Source of the DNA: an uncultured Chloroflexia bacterium
GTDB lineage: Bacteria; Chloroflexota; Anaerolineae; Anaerolineales; Anaerolineaceae
NCBI GenBank assembly: GCA_963767675.1
Contig: CAVYEQ010000006.1
Span: forward strand, 19,526 to 83,525
DNA: 64,000 bases
Direction: 5' to 3'
In this document: piece by piece, positions 50,999 through 61,152 of the stretch
Layout: every line of letters begins with the position of its first letter
How positions within the stretch are numbered: position 1 is the stretch's first letter
The notes under the pieces: model-generated
What the model saw: the letters and a program-made list of their open reading frames with translations, nothing else
The model's database searches: none
Told to the model about the DNA's origin: nothing
Program-made: the position numbers and the translations under genes

Positions 50999-52321
50999 AT
51001 GCCAAAGGGAACCTATTATTTTCCAGAAGGATTTTTATGGGGGACGGCTACCGCCGCGCACCAGGTGGAGGGGCGCAACCAGAACAACACCTGGTATGCC
51101 TGGGAACAGGAAGAAGGACGCATTGCAAAAGGGCATCAATCCGGCTTAGCCTGCGACTGGTGGGGAGGGCGCTGGCGGGAGGATTTTGACCGCGCACAGG
51201 CTGGACATCAGAACGCGCACCGCCTGTCCATTGCGTGGAGCCGCATTCAGCCCGCACCTGACCGCTGGGATGAAAGTGCCCTGGACCGATACCGCGAGAT
51301 GCTGAAAGGGCTGCATGACAGGAAGATCAAGCCGATGGTCACGCTGCACCACTTTAGCGAACCGCTGTGGGTGGCAGAAATGGGTGGTTGGGAAAACGAA
51401 GCCATCGTGGATTTGTTTTCTGAATTTGTGCGCAGGGCAGTGGAAGCCCTGATACCTTTCTGCGACCTGTGGATCACGATCAATGAACCGAATGTATTCG
51501 CGGTCATGGCTTATCTTGAAGGGGTTGCCCCCCCCGGGAAGAAAGACCTGAAACTTACCCTGCAGGTCTTATACAATATGGTCCGAGCTCATGCGCAGGC
51601 ATATAAAATTATCCATGACCTCCAACCTGAAGCACGAGTAGGTACCGCTTTGCAGTATCGGGGTTTCAAACCAGCTTCGTGGCTGCCTTTAAATCATTGG
51701 ATGGCAAAGTTTCACAGCAAGCTGTTCAATGACCTGTTCCCCCGCACGCTGATGGATGGGCAGTTCAGAGGCATCATCATGAAAGAACAAATCCCGGAAG
51801 CCGTGGGCACACAGGATTTTTTGGGGATCAATTACTACACCTGGGAATATGTTCGATTTGACCTTACAAAGCCGAGCGAGGTTTTTTCCAGGCGCTTCTT
51901 CCCGGACGATGTCCGTTTGAGCGATTCTGGAGATATCGCAAACCTGCCAGATGGGTTGGGTGAAGCGATTCGCTGGGGAAGGCAGTTTGGTGTGCCGATC
52001 ATCATCACAGAGAATGGCCTGGATGATTCAGAGGATGTCCTGCGTCCGAAGTATTTAGTGGAACATTTGCATACAATATGGCACGCCATGAACGAGGATG
52101 GCATCGTGGAGGGATATTTCCACTGGTCGCTGGTGGACAACTTTGAGTGGGAGCGCGGTTGGACGCAGCGATTTGGCTTGTGGGGGCTGGATGTGGACAC
52201 ACAGCAGCGGATTAAGCGTCCCAGCGTGGACCTCTACGCGGAGATATGCAAGACGAACGGGATATCCTCGGAGGTGGTTGAGAAATTTGCACCTGATGCG
52301 ATGAAGAGGCTGTTCCCTTAA
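50999..52321 (+). CDS. GH1 beta-glucosidase/galactosidase
   Basis: FLWGTATAAHQVEG, TINEP, GINYY, ITENG, WSLVDNFEW. Confidence 0.95.
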   Translation: MPKGTYYFPEGFLWGTATAAHQVEGRNQNNTWYAWEQEEGRIAKGHQSGLACDWWGGRWREDFDRAQAGHQNAHRLSIAWSRIQPAPDRWDESALDRYREMLKGLHDRKIKPMVTLHHFSEPLWVAEMGGWENEAIVDLFSEFVRRAVEALIPFCDLWITINEPNVFAVMAYLEGVAPPGKKDLKLTLQVLYNMVRAHAQAYKIIHDLQPEARVGTALQYRGFKPASWLPLNHWMAKFHSKLFNDLFPRTLMDGQFRGIIMKEQIPEAVGTQDFLGINYYTWEYVRFDLTKPSEVFSRRFFPDDVRLSDSGDIANLPDGLGEAIRWGRQFGVPIIITENGLDDSEDVLRPKYLVEHLHTIWHAMNEDGIVEGYFHWSLVDNFEWERGWTQRFGLWGLDVDTQQRIKRPSVDLYAEICKTNGISSEVVEKFAPDAMKRLFP

Positions 52322-52336
52322 GAAACTTTTTAATTT

Positions 52337-52570
52337 GTCATGCATGCGTATCCTGAAGCGGCGTCACTCAAAGAGTGCTCTTCGAGCAGGCCGCATCAGG
52401 AGTATGCACGGTTCATGAGAACCGTGCGCAGTGCATGATCTACAAGGATTCTCTGTCATTGCGAGGAAGTCCCGTGGGGACAACGAAGCAATCTCGATTG
52501 AGTTGTATGTAGAAAAAACATGAGATTGCCTCCTTACAGGACACTTCGTAGACGCTTTGCTCGCAGTGAC
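52337..52570. repeat. Expanded GTAG palindrome plus a GTCATTGCGAG...GAAGCAATCTC / GAGATTGCC...CTCGCAGTGAC doublet
   Basis: 52337-52443 nested; inverted doublet at 52455-52570 with a 21-nt insert at 52531-52551. Confidence 0.82.
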
Positions 52571-52631
52571 AATTAAGTATTACGTAATAAAGTTAGGCGC
52601 ATTACTCGTCACAATGCCCTACAAAGAAATT

Positions 52632-54287
52632 TCAATCAAACCATTCGTAACCGTCACAAGACCTGGTCTTGCCATTTACGATGACATGCAGGATGCCCTG
52701 TTTTTCGATGGTGGTGTATTCATCAAGCGATTGATCCTGTTCCTGCAGAATTCGGGATGCCTGTGCACGGGAAAAATGATAGGAGGGCCATGGGACCGAT
52801 TGTTTTGGATTTCGTGCGACTGAAAGGCAGGCAAGCACACCACCTATATCGTCACGCAGTGTATCTGTGAGCTGGTCGCTGCTGAATAGTTCAAGCAGGG
52901 GCGGCACAGCATCAGCAGACAGGGTGAACAGGTGCCCGGTATCCAGAACGGTTTCCGTTTCCCCAGGATCCATTGCCCGTGAGACGTTCTGCTGCACGAT
53001 AAAGTGGTCTATATTGAGCAGGTTGAGCGTCAACCCGAAACCAAGCACAAACACGATCAGAAGGAAAGCCAGGCGGTCTATTCGCTGACGGATCTCCAGG
53101 AAAGCAACCCCAACCAGCAGCAAGCCGGTCCAGATAATGAACACGTGCGTGATGGTACGCAGGCGGGTGAACCCGTAGGCGCTTTCATACAGCGACAGGC
53201 GCGTAAAGGCGGAAGCCAGGATGACGCCCACCAGCAAGACCAGGAATAACCCTAATCCGGAAAAGACACGGCGTTTGGTTTTGGTTTCCCGTTTGGTGAC
53301 CAGGCTCAACCCGTAGAACAGCACCAGGCTGATGATCGCCACAGCCAGCAGTTCAAAAAAGCCCCGCCGGGCATATTCAGCATAGGTGAATCCCTCCAGG
53401 TGAATGTTCGCTTTGCCGCCAAAAAGGTAGGCAAACTGGAGGATCACAAAGAAGGTGAACAGGAGGTTGACCCCCACGAGGATGATGTTCGCTTCGATGG
53501 AGCCCAGGAAGGGTTTGAGCAGTTTCTTCCGGGCAGCTTTGCCTTTCATCTTCTTACTCTTCGCAGCCCCGAAATAATACGCAGAAAGGAGGACGTAAGC
53601 CAACAGCAGGATGTAGAACAGGCGAAAAACATACTCACCAAGGTTATCCATGTCAAACCATGTAAAAAGGTTGAACAAGCGGTCGTTGAAGATGGGATCT
53701 GCTGATGCAAGCAGCAGCGCCAGTAGAAGCAGAATGGGAAGCGCCAGGAAAACACCGCGCAGGTAAGGCACGATCGGTTTTGTGGTCTTACGTGAATTAC
53801 CCTTGAGGTTTTCTTCACCTGGCTTTGGTTCAGTTTCAGGCTTATCATCTTCTGATGCCTTATTTTGGGCTTTATTTTCACGAAGATTTTGGAAATAAAG
53901 GATCCCGCCGGCAAAGCTGTTCAGGAAGAAATTCATCAGCCTTGCAAGATGCTGGCGTGGGTTGAGCGTTATCCATGCCCCACTGCGCAGGGTGACTGCA
54001 AAAAGGATCCCGGCACCGAGTGTGACCATGACGTTGGTGAAGGTTGTGAAAGGTTCTGCGCGCACTGCTGTCATAATAGAAAAAAACAGAACTGGGACCA
54101 GGAGTAAATAGGACTGCCATGGGATGGTGACCTTGTTCTTCCAGAGCGGCATCAACCCACCCAGGATTGCCAGCAGGAATATGATGGGGAAATTGATCCC
54201 GATGGTCTTTTCCCAGAATAGTTGATCAAAACAGAACGCGCTTATGAGTGCCAGAATCCAGAACCAGTGGTTGATTTTGTTTTTCAA
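52632..54287 (-). CDS. DUF4153/DUF4173 polytopic membrane protein
   Basis: LLASADPIF, TYAEYARRGFFEL, RLSLYESAYGFTRLR, LSADAVP; TTG start. Confidence 0.88.
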   Translation of the reverse strand: MKNKINHWFWILALISAFCFDQLFWEKTIGINFPIIFLLAILGGLMPLWKNKVTIPWQSYLLLVPVLFFSIMTAVRAEPFTTFTNVMVTLGAGILFAVTLRSGAWITLNPRQHLARLMNFFLNSFAGGILYFQNLRENKAQNKASEDDKPETEPKPGEENLKGNSRKTTKPIVPYLRGVFLALPILLLLALLLASADPIFNDRLFNLFTWFDMDNLGEYVFRLFYILLLAYVLLSAYYFGAAKSKKMKGKAARKKLLKPFLGSIEANIILVGVNLLFTFFVILQFAYLFGGKANIHLEGFTYAEYARRGFFELLAVAIISLVLFYGLSLVTKRETKTKRRVFSGLGLFLVLLVGVILASAFTRLSLYESAYGFTRLRTITHVFIIWTGLLLVGVAFLEIRQRIDRLAFLLIVFVLGFGLTLNLLNIDHFIVQQNVSRAMDPGETETVLDTGHLFTLSADAVPPLLELFSSDQLTDTLRDDIGGVLACLSVARNPKQSVPWPSYHFSRAQASRILQEQDQSLDEYTTIEKQGILHVIVNGKTRSCDGYEWFD

Positions 54288-54332
54288 GGCGGACTCCTTT
54301 ATTCGATTTTGGATTTGGTGGGGAGGTCCCGA

Positions 54333-54557
54333 TCAGGACCGGGGGACAGATGGTTGGGGTTTTGCCCTCAATTGTGCTGAACTGAAGCTTGATAAGGAAA
54401 TCTGGTGCTGTTCACTGAGGGGGGCTTGTTTTGTGTCACCATTGCAATACGGGCAGATACCGCGAGGGGGGAACATGGGTGTGCTGCAGTGGGGGCAGAT
54501 TTTGCCGACCAGTGCGTAACGTTGTTTTTGTAATCGCCAGTGTCGTGGAACTTCCAT
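54333..54557 (-). CDS. Zinc-ribbon (DUF35 N-terminal) small protein without OB fold
   Basis: PRHWR...CPHC...FPPR..CPYC; RBS AAGGAG. Confidence 0.82.
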   Translation of the reverse strand: MEVPRHWRLQKQRYALVGKICPHCSTPMFPPRGICPYCNGDTKQAPLSEQHQISLSSFSSAQLRAKPQPSVPRS

Positions 54558-54926
54558 TGGACGTTCTCCTTGTTTTTGTTTCTTTGCATTAGGTTACCCA
54601 ATCGAAACTATCAGAAACTATCAAATTGATAGAAAGCGGAGGATGGTTCCTTTATCATCACTTTCTACTTCCAAATTAATTTTTCTGTTGGGAAAACAGT
54701 GTTTCGTTTGAAATGCCAGTTTGGGATCTGATTGGAGATGTTATCATTACATGTAAAGAAAGTACTACTTTTTTTCAATAAAGGCGTTCATACAGAAGGT
54801 TGACCAGTGGAAGTGGTTTTGCTTAACTTATAAATGTTAATAAAGTGGCGTATTATTTCATCGGACATGCAGCACGTCGAAAGGAATTCTTTATTCTTTT
54901 AAACCGTAAAGATAACGGAGGTATTA

Positions 54927-56462
54927 ATGAAAAGAATATCTATTTTTATTCTCGGAGTCTTGATACTTTTTTCCACACTGATAAGCTGCACGAAACAACA
55001 GCCCGTGCCAGAGGATGAAGCGGTTTCTGAAGTGGATGAGGTGCATGCCAGCCCTTCTCCACAGCTTGACCCCGTTGAAGCATCCGAGGATACCCCAACG
55101 GAGCAGCCTGCCGTGTCGGGCGAAAGAATTCCACTCATCCTTTCGCATGATGGCGCCCCGGATGATATCGCTGCCGCAGCGTTTATAGCCAAGCATCCTC
55201 AAATAGACATCATTGGTGTGATCAATAGCTATGGAGAGCACCATCCCTCGCTCTCAATGGATGAATGGCAGCGCTATCTTTATGAGGTCATTGACAAGGA
55301 CAGTGCTGCTTTCGGTCTGGGATCAGAGAAAAGCCTCGATCCGCAGCAAAACCAGTTCCCATCCGATTGGCGGGAAGAGGCGGATGATTTCTGGTACGTG
55401 GATCTGCCGCCTGCGTCAGAGGTTTATGGGTCATCAGAAGGCGCTGACCTGATCGTTGAATTGGTCCAGAATTCACTCAACCCAGTGACCATCCTGGTTC
55501 TTGGCGGGAATACCGACCTTGCTCTAGCCTTACAGCAGGATCCAGGCATCATGGATAATATCAGTCAGGTGGTGGTCATGGGCGGTGCGTTTAACCAGGA
55601 GGGCAACCTGTATGAAGCACCGGGTTATGAACATAATCGCGCTGCGGAATGGAACATCTATGTCGATCCCCTAGCGGCCAGTCAGGTTTTTACCTCTGGC
55701 GAAAAGATCTCTGTGGTTCCGCTGGATGGTTCCGATGATTTCTATATTGACCAGAATGACCTGGATCTGATCCGCGGCAGAGATGATCCGATCCTGCAAG
55801 TGTTGGATGACCTATGGTCTCAGCAGCTAGAATGGTGGGGGGGAGTCGCATTCAAAATCTGGGATATTGTAGCAGCGGTCGCTGTAACTAACCCCGAATA
55901 TTTCGACTGGGTGGAGGACGGTATAGACGTTGAAACGGATCCAGGCAGTACGCATGGCAAAACATTCGCACTCAATAACGGGTCACAACTCACCAGATTT
56001 GCAGTCGGTGCGGATTTCGCTGCTGTGCATGAAAACGTGTTTGATATTTTACTTTCCATGGAAAAGCAACCGCCTTCTGACCAATTGATTGAAGAGGATG
56101 AGCCAACGAACGAAACAGATGAAATTGTTTCTCGGCTTGAGATTCTGGCTGGTATTTGGAGCGGAACAGCCACAGCCGAAGATGGAACCAATTTCACTAT
56201 TCATTTTGTTCTGGATAGCGGCTGCCAGGTCAACCAGATCTGCGGAAGTTACCATATCGATGAGTGGGGTATCAGCGGCGATGTTACATTTACTGAAATT
56301 GATGATGGAAAATTTACTTTCCAAGAGACCAACAAAATTGGCGCTCCATCCGAAGATGAAGCCTACGAGGAATACCTGCGCTTGCTGGAAACCGGCCAGT
56401 TGGAATACTATTCTCTCGGGAGTTACGGCACCTCCCAGGGTGTGCTGACAAAAGAACAGTGA
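54927..56462 (+). CDS. Lipoprotein nucleoside hydrolase (IU-NH family) with extra C-terminal domain
   Basis: ISC lipobox; HDGAPDD, VMGGAF..GN, AEWNIYVDPLAA, VPLD, WD. Confidence 0.85.
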   Translation: MKRISIFILGVLILFSTLISCTKQQPVPEDEAVSEVDEVHASPSPQLDPVEASEDTPTEQPAVSGERIPLILSHDGAPDDIAAAAFIAKHPQIDIIGVINSYGEHHPSLSMDEWQRYLYEVIDKDSAAFGLGSEKSLDPQQNQFPSDWREEADDFWYVDLPPASEVYGSSEGADLIVELVQNSLNPVTILVLGGNTDLALALQQDPGIMDNISQVVVMGGAFNQEGNLYEAPGYEHNRAAEWNIYVDPLAASQVFTSGEKISVVPLDGSDDFYIDQNDLDLIRGRDDPILQVLDDLWSQQLEWWGGVAFKIWDIVAAVAVTNPEYFDWVEDGIDVETDPGSTHGKTFALNNGSQLTRFAVGADFAAVHENVFDILLSMEKQPPSDQLIEEDEPTNETDEIVSRLEILAGIWSGTATAEDGTNFTIHFVLDSGCQVNQICGSYHIDEWGISGDVTFTEIDDGKFTFQETNKIGAPSEDEAYEEYLRLLETGQLEYYSLGSYGTSQGVLTKEQ

Positions 56463-56692
56463 GAAAATAACCACACAGACCTACTTTTCTTTTCACTGCA
56501 AAATGAGATAAACCGGTCGATATTTACTTTCTTCTGATCAGAATGGACGCAGTGATACGCTGTGGACAGGTTGTTTACTGACTTTGAATCATCATGCTGC
56601 GTGTTTCCCCCTGCAGCGAACCGATGAGTTACGCTGGGGGAAGTAAATATAAGAATAGTTACCCTGAAACATAATTTTAATTAGCTCAAGTT

Positions 56693-57280
56693 TTAGTCCA
56701 GGTTTTCTTGTTCTTGGGTTTTTTCTTTACGTGGTTTATCCAGCCATTTTTTGATCGGGATAAAGAGTAGAAGCGTAATTATGAAACCAATAGTGATTAA
56801 AGGTTCTCCTGTAAGGAAAACTAAGAGTGCAAAAATACCCATACCGATGCCGGATCCCAAATCCCAATTATGGAATATCAGATATATTAAAATTTGTAAT
56901 ACTAAGCCAATCAACGCTAATAATGGAAATAATGCAAGAAAAACTCCCGCCGTGGCAGCTAATCCTTTGCCTCCTCTAAATTGAGCAAAGATTGAAAAGT
57001 CATGTCCCAACACCGCAGCTGTTCCAGCAGCCATTTGCCAGGATAAAGGTAGTTGAAAAGCCATCGCGAGAAGGATTGCTAAGGCTCCCTTTGCCATATC
57101 AACGACCGCTATCAATAAACCTGCCTGAAAACCATATTGCTGTGTTGTGTTTTTAGCACCCATATTTCCGTCCCCAATTGTACGAATATCACTACCTTGA
57201 AAAAGCTTAGAATAGAGTAACGCTGTTGGAATTGACCCAATCAGATATGCGACAATGACAATGGAAATCTTGATCAACAT
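56693..57280 (-). CDS. plsY: Glycerol-3-phosphate acyltransferase PlsY family
   Basis: AYLIGSIP, GDGNMGAKN, DMAKG, GHDFSIF..FRGGKG. Confidence 0.88.
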   Translation of the reverse strand: MLIKISIVIVAYLIGSIPTALLYSKLFQGSDIRTIGDGNMGAKNTTQQYGFQAGLLIAVVDMAKGALAILLAMAFQLPLSWQMAAGTAAVLGHDFSIFAQFRGGKGLAATAGVFLALFPLLALIGLVLQILIYLIFHNWDLGSGIGMGIFALLVFLTGEPLITIGFIITLLLFIPIKKWLDKPRKEKTQEQENLD

Positions 57281-57450
57281 TACTATCCTTTCACTTATTC
57301 CAATCAACACTTATAACAATAATCTGTTGCGAAATAACGGCAGTGTCTTTTCGAGAGGTCTCATTTATCCATAAGAAATGGCACTCAAAACCCAAGTTTT
57401 GTGTATACTTAAGGCGTTGAAAAATCATCTATTATCCAGCAGGAGTAAAA

Positions 57451-58296
57451 ATGAAAAATGTTGCCATAATTACAGACAGCAGTGCATATTTGCCTGATGA
57501 GATTGTCAAAGACCTTGACCTGCATGTCGTCCCCCTGACCCTGCACTGGGATGGGGAAAGCTACCGGGATGGGGAAGATATCCAGGCAGTAGAATTCTAT
57601 GAGCGTTTAGCCGCATCAAGCACAATCCCAACGACCAGCCAAACAACCGTGGGTGAGTTTGACCAGCTTTTCAAGTCCTTGCTTGATGAAGGACGACCTG
57701 TTTTTGCCATGCTGGTCTCAAGTGGGATTTCCGGCACGGTTGAATCCGCTTTTCAGGCTCAGAAAAACTTTGAAGGTGCCCCGCTTGAAGTATATGACTC
57801 TCAACTGGTTTCCATGGCGCTGGGTTTAATGGTGATTGAAGTTGCCCGTGCTGCCAGGAACGGTGCCAGCCTGGCTGAGTGCAAAGCCCTTGCGGAAGAG
57901 CTATATCCCAAGATCGGTGTCTTTTTCACTGTGGATACGCTGAAATACCTGAATAAAGGGGGAAGGATCAACACTGCCAAGCGGTTGATGGGTGCTGCAT
58001 TGAATATCAAACCCATCATGGAGATCCGGGGCGGCAAGATCGAACTGGTTGAGTCGGTGCGTTCACGGAAAAAGGCGGTTAAGCGTATGCTTGAGCTAGC
58101 GGAAAAAGGTATTGCTGGCAGGGAACCGGTCCGTATTTCAACCTTTCACGCTGCAGCAGAAGCAGCGAATGAGGCATTGATGGCTGAGGCAGTCGAACGC
58201 TTCAAACCGATCGAAACGGTTACAACCTTCGTCAGCCCTGTGATCGGGACGCATACCGGTCCAGGAACGGTGAGTATCGCTTATTTAGCTGGGTAA
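57451..58296 (+). CDS. degV: DegV fatty-acid-binding protein
   Basis: IITDSS, PTTSQ, SSGISGT, KGGRI, THTGPG. Confidence 0.93.
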   Translation: MKNVAIITDSSAYLPDEIVKDLDLHVVPLTLHWDGESYRDGEDIQAVEFYERLAASSTIPTTSQTTVGEFDQLFKSLLDEGRPVFAMLVSSGISGTVESAFQAQKNFEGAPLEVYDSQLVSMALGLMVIEVARAARNGASLAECKALAEELYPKIGVFFTVDTLKYLNKGGRINTAKRLMGAALNIKPIMEIRGGKIELVESVRSRKKAVKRMLELAEKGIAGREPVRISTFHAAAEAANEALMAEAVERFKPIETVTTFVSPVIGTHTGPGTVSIAYLAG

Positions 58297-58308
58297 TCCG
58301 AAGAAAAA

Positions 58309-59103
58309 TTAAAGCCAGCCACGCATTCCATATATGAATAATCCAATATATTCTTTCAGCGCGCCTGTTGTCATGCCAAGTGCCCCTGCATTCGGCAGCA
58401 GGTAGAGGAAAAACTCGCCTACTCCGGGTCGGAAGGCACTCTGCCAGTTCTGTTCTGTGATTGCGAAATCCACCGGCATGGGGATGACATCGAAACCATG
58501 ATGTTCAAAGAGGGCTTTTGACCTGGGCATATGGAGTGCTGAGGTCACCAGGAGTATTTCCGTGATCCCTTTTTCGTTCAATATTTTAGCAGAATAGAGG
58601 GCATCCTCATGGGTGTTCTGCGAGTCCGGTTGCTGCCAGATGGCACTTTCCGGGACGCCCATCAGGGTCAGAAGTTCGGTCATCTCCTCGGCCGGCGTTG
58701 CACCGCGGGCAGTTGAGAAATTTGTGTTGCCGCCGCTGACGAGGATGTTCGGTGTGGCACCATCCTTGAAAAGCCTGGCGGCGTAGATTACCCGGTCGCC
58801 AGCAGCGTTGACCTCTGACATGGGGCGGGGGAAATCAGCTGATTCAGTTCCGCCGCCTAAAACCACAATCACTGCTGCATGGGGCATTTCTTCTGGCGGT
58901 AGGTTTTGCCACTCCAGGGAGCGTGCCAGGGCATAGCTGATCCAGCGATTGCTCCCCAGGAAAAGGATCACCAGGGCTGTGATGAGCAATCCCTTCCGCC
59001 ATTTGCGGTGTTTATCGAGGATGGTCGCCAGCAGGATGATGATGCAGGCTAACCCCAGGGGGTAAACGAAGAGGGGGAGGATTTTGCTGAGATAAACGAA
59101 CAT
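58309..59103 (-). CDS. YdcF/ElyC (DUF218) membrane protein
   Basis: VVLGGG, VSGG, SQNTHEDA, LVTSALHMPR, KEYIG. Confidence 0.9.
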   Translation of the reverse strand: MFVYLSKILPLFVYPLGLACIIILLATILDKHRKWRKGLLITALVILFLGSNRWISYALARSLEWQNLPPEEMPHAAVIVVLGGGTESADFPRPMSEVNAAGDRVIYAARLFKDGATPNILVSGGNTNFSTARGATPAEEMTELLTLMGVPESAIWQQPDSQNTHEDALYSAKILNEKGITEILLVTSALHMPRSKALFEHHGFDVIPMPVDFAITEQNWQSAFRPGVGEFFLYLLPNAGALGMTTGALKEYIGLFIYGMRGWL

Positions 59104-59220
59104 GCGGGTTTTCCTTTAATTGGTATCCGGGGTGAAAACCGGGTGTTCATGAATTCTACCGGTTTTTATGTCATGTTAGGAAATGAATGATTTGCAAATC
59201 TGACATCTCCAAATTTTTTT

Positions 59221-59472
59221 GTAGGGGTAGACCTCCGTGTCTACCCGTCTGATCACACCAGCTTTGGCGACCTGTATTCATGATGTCACCCAGGTCAGGA
59301 GACCAGGGTGAACTTCTTATGATTGAGCAGGTGTCCTCACCTGCGACAACAATGATGAAGGTCACGTACAGCGAAGCTTACGTGACTTCTTTTGTCATGC
59401 ATGCGTTGCAGTGCATGACCTACACCTCTCATAACCCAGAAAAATTCGTGTAGTGGCACGGCATGCCGTGCC
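59221..59472. repeat. REP cluster made almost entirely of empty (minimal) forms
   Basis: Palindromes at 59221, 59287-59310, 59327-59344, 59361-59386, 59394-59423, 59450-59472. Confidence 0.85.
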
Positions 59473-59504
59473 CGTTTGTGGAATTTTATTTTTTATTATC
59501 TATT

Positions 59505-60380
59505 TCAGAAGTCATTCTTGTTCATAGCGAGTTGACAGTAATCGGGATTGATTTCGTATCCAACAAAACCCCGCCCATCCACTTTCGCTGCCAAACAGGT
59601 CGTTCCGCTACCGGCAAAGGGGTCCAGCACAACATCCCCTTTATATGTATAAAGCTGGATGCATCTGTGGGGCAATTCAACCGGAAACGGTGCTGGGTGG
59701 CCGATCACCCGCGCCTGAACTGATTGGAATTGCCAGACCGATTTGGTCCAAGCAAGGAAGTCTTCTTTCTGGATCGTGTTCTGGCGGTCCTCTTTTGGAC
59801 GGCGGAAACCTTCCTTGCAGAACACCAGGAGGTATTCATGCACATCGCGTAAAACCGGGTTGCTGGCAGAGCACCAGCTTCCCCATGCTGTTGAGGGGCT
59901 GGCGCTGGCTGCTTTGTCCCAAATGATCTCGCCCCGCATCAAAAACCCGATGGATAGCATTTGTTCTATGACAAAAATGTGCAGGGGGATATATGGCTTC
60001 CTTCCCAGGTTGGCCAGGTTGATGCAGGCGCGCCCCCCGGGAACCAGCACTCGGTAAGTTTCCTGCCATACCTTCAGCAGCATATCAAGGTATTGGTCCA
60101 GGCTCAGGTCCTGGTCATATTCTTTCCCGGCGTTATAGGGCGGGGAAGTGACCATCAGGTGGATGCTCTGGTCAGGAAGGTCGTGCATGTCTTCACTGGA
60201 TGTACAGAGGATTTTATTCAGGACGCTTTCCGGGATGGGGTTCTCCTGGTAGGGTGTTTCCGCCCCTTTTTTCTGGTGTTCATACATCCGACTGTTGTAA
60301 AACCGGGAGGAATCGTGGCTCGAACGGCCAGGAGACCCAAATGCACTCGTATTCGTCCTGTTCTTCTTTTCCTCTTCCAT
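59505..60380 (-). CDS. Orphan beta-class N4-C/N6-A DNA methyltransferase
   Basis: TSPPYN precedes HPAPFP and DPFAGSGTT; no adjacent endonuclease; TATAAT 7 nt before ATG. Confidence 0.9.
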   Translation of the reverse strand: MEEEKKNRTNTSAFGSPGRSSHDSSRFYNSRMYEHQKKGAETPYQENPIPESVLNKILCTSSEDMHDLPDQSIHLMVTSPPYNAGKEYDQDLSLDQYLDMLLKVWQETYRVLVPGGRACINLANLGRKPYIPLHIFVIEQMLSIGFLMRGEIIWDKAASASPSTAWGSWCSASNPVLRDVHEYLLVFCKEGFRRPKEDRQNTIQKEDFLAWTKSVWQFQSVQARVIGHPAPFPVELPHRCIQLYTYKGDVVLDPFAGSGTTCLAAKVDGRGFVGYEINPDYCQLAMNKNDF

Positions 60381-60466
60381 GGAGGTAATTATAGTATGAA
60401 CCGATGGACAATTTGGTTTTCAACTCCGCGGTATAATGCCCATAATAGCTAACTTCAGGAGGATCA

Positions 60467-61006
60467 ATGATCAATACGGTTGAAACTGTCCTTGTTCTGG
60501 TCGATTTTCAGGCCCGTCTGGCTGAGATTGTGGACCGGTCAGAACTGGTTGAACGGAACGTCATCATGATGGTAAAAGGGTGCCAGACGTTGGGTATCCC
60601 TATCATCCCGACCGTTCAGGTGCCTGAAAAACTGGGTCCGATCATGCCTTCACTGGGGGAGGTCCTGGGGGATGTTCAGGTGATCCCAAAGGCAGTTTTC
60701 AGTGCCATGCGTGAACCTGTATTTATGGCAGCACTGCATGAGACCTCCAGGAAGCAGGTCATCCTGGGGGGGATAGAAGCACATGTATGCGCGCTGCAAA
60801 CAGGGCTGGACCTGATCGATTCGGGATATACGGTGCATGTATTATCCGATGTGGTGTTTTCGCGGACAAAGGAAAATCAACAATTAGCGCTGCAGCGGTT
60901 TCATGATGCCGGCGCGAGTATCACCAGTGTAGAAATGGCGCTGTTCGAGATGATCAGGACGTCGAAACATCCAGAGTTTCGTACGATTTCACGGTTGGTT
61001 AAATAA
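60467..61006 (+). CDS. Isochorismatase-family hydrolase (YcaC/ISOC-like)
   Basis: VDFQARL, K..FS, GIEAHVCALQT. Confidence 0.88.
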   Translation: MINTVETVLVLVDFQARLAEIVDRSELVERNVIMMVKGCQTLGIPIIPTVQVPEKLGPIMPSLGEVLGDVQVIPKAVFSAMREPVFMAALHETSRKQVILGGIEAHVCALQTGLDLIDSGYTVHVLSDVVFSRTKENQQLALQRFHDAGASITSVEMALFEMIRTSKHPEFRTISRLVK

Positions 61007-61011
61007 CTTTT

Positions 61012-61076
61012 GTCATGCATCCTCCGCAGTGCATGACCTACAATTTGACTGATACCTGATACCTGATACCTGATAA
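61012..61076. repeat. Minus-strand GTAG REP followed by (CTGATAC)x4
   Basis: GTCATGCATCCTCCGCAGTGCATGACCTAC; heptamers at 61049-61076. Confidence 0.8.
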
Positions 61077-61152
61077 GCTCCAGAGTACATGCTCCACAAA
61101 CTCATGATAGAATGGTGTAAATCAATTCACGTGACGACGAAAGAGATGTGCT

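Noticed and set aside
56605-56642. Riboswitch-like hairpin
   Set aside because: Lies between convergent 3' ends and matches no riboswitch consensus I recognise
56807-56817. TCCTGTAAGGA inside plsY as an in-frame 21-mer insertion
   Set aside because: Lacks the preceding GNA mini-hairpin and the protein reads normally; probably coincidence
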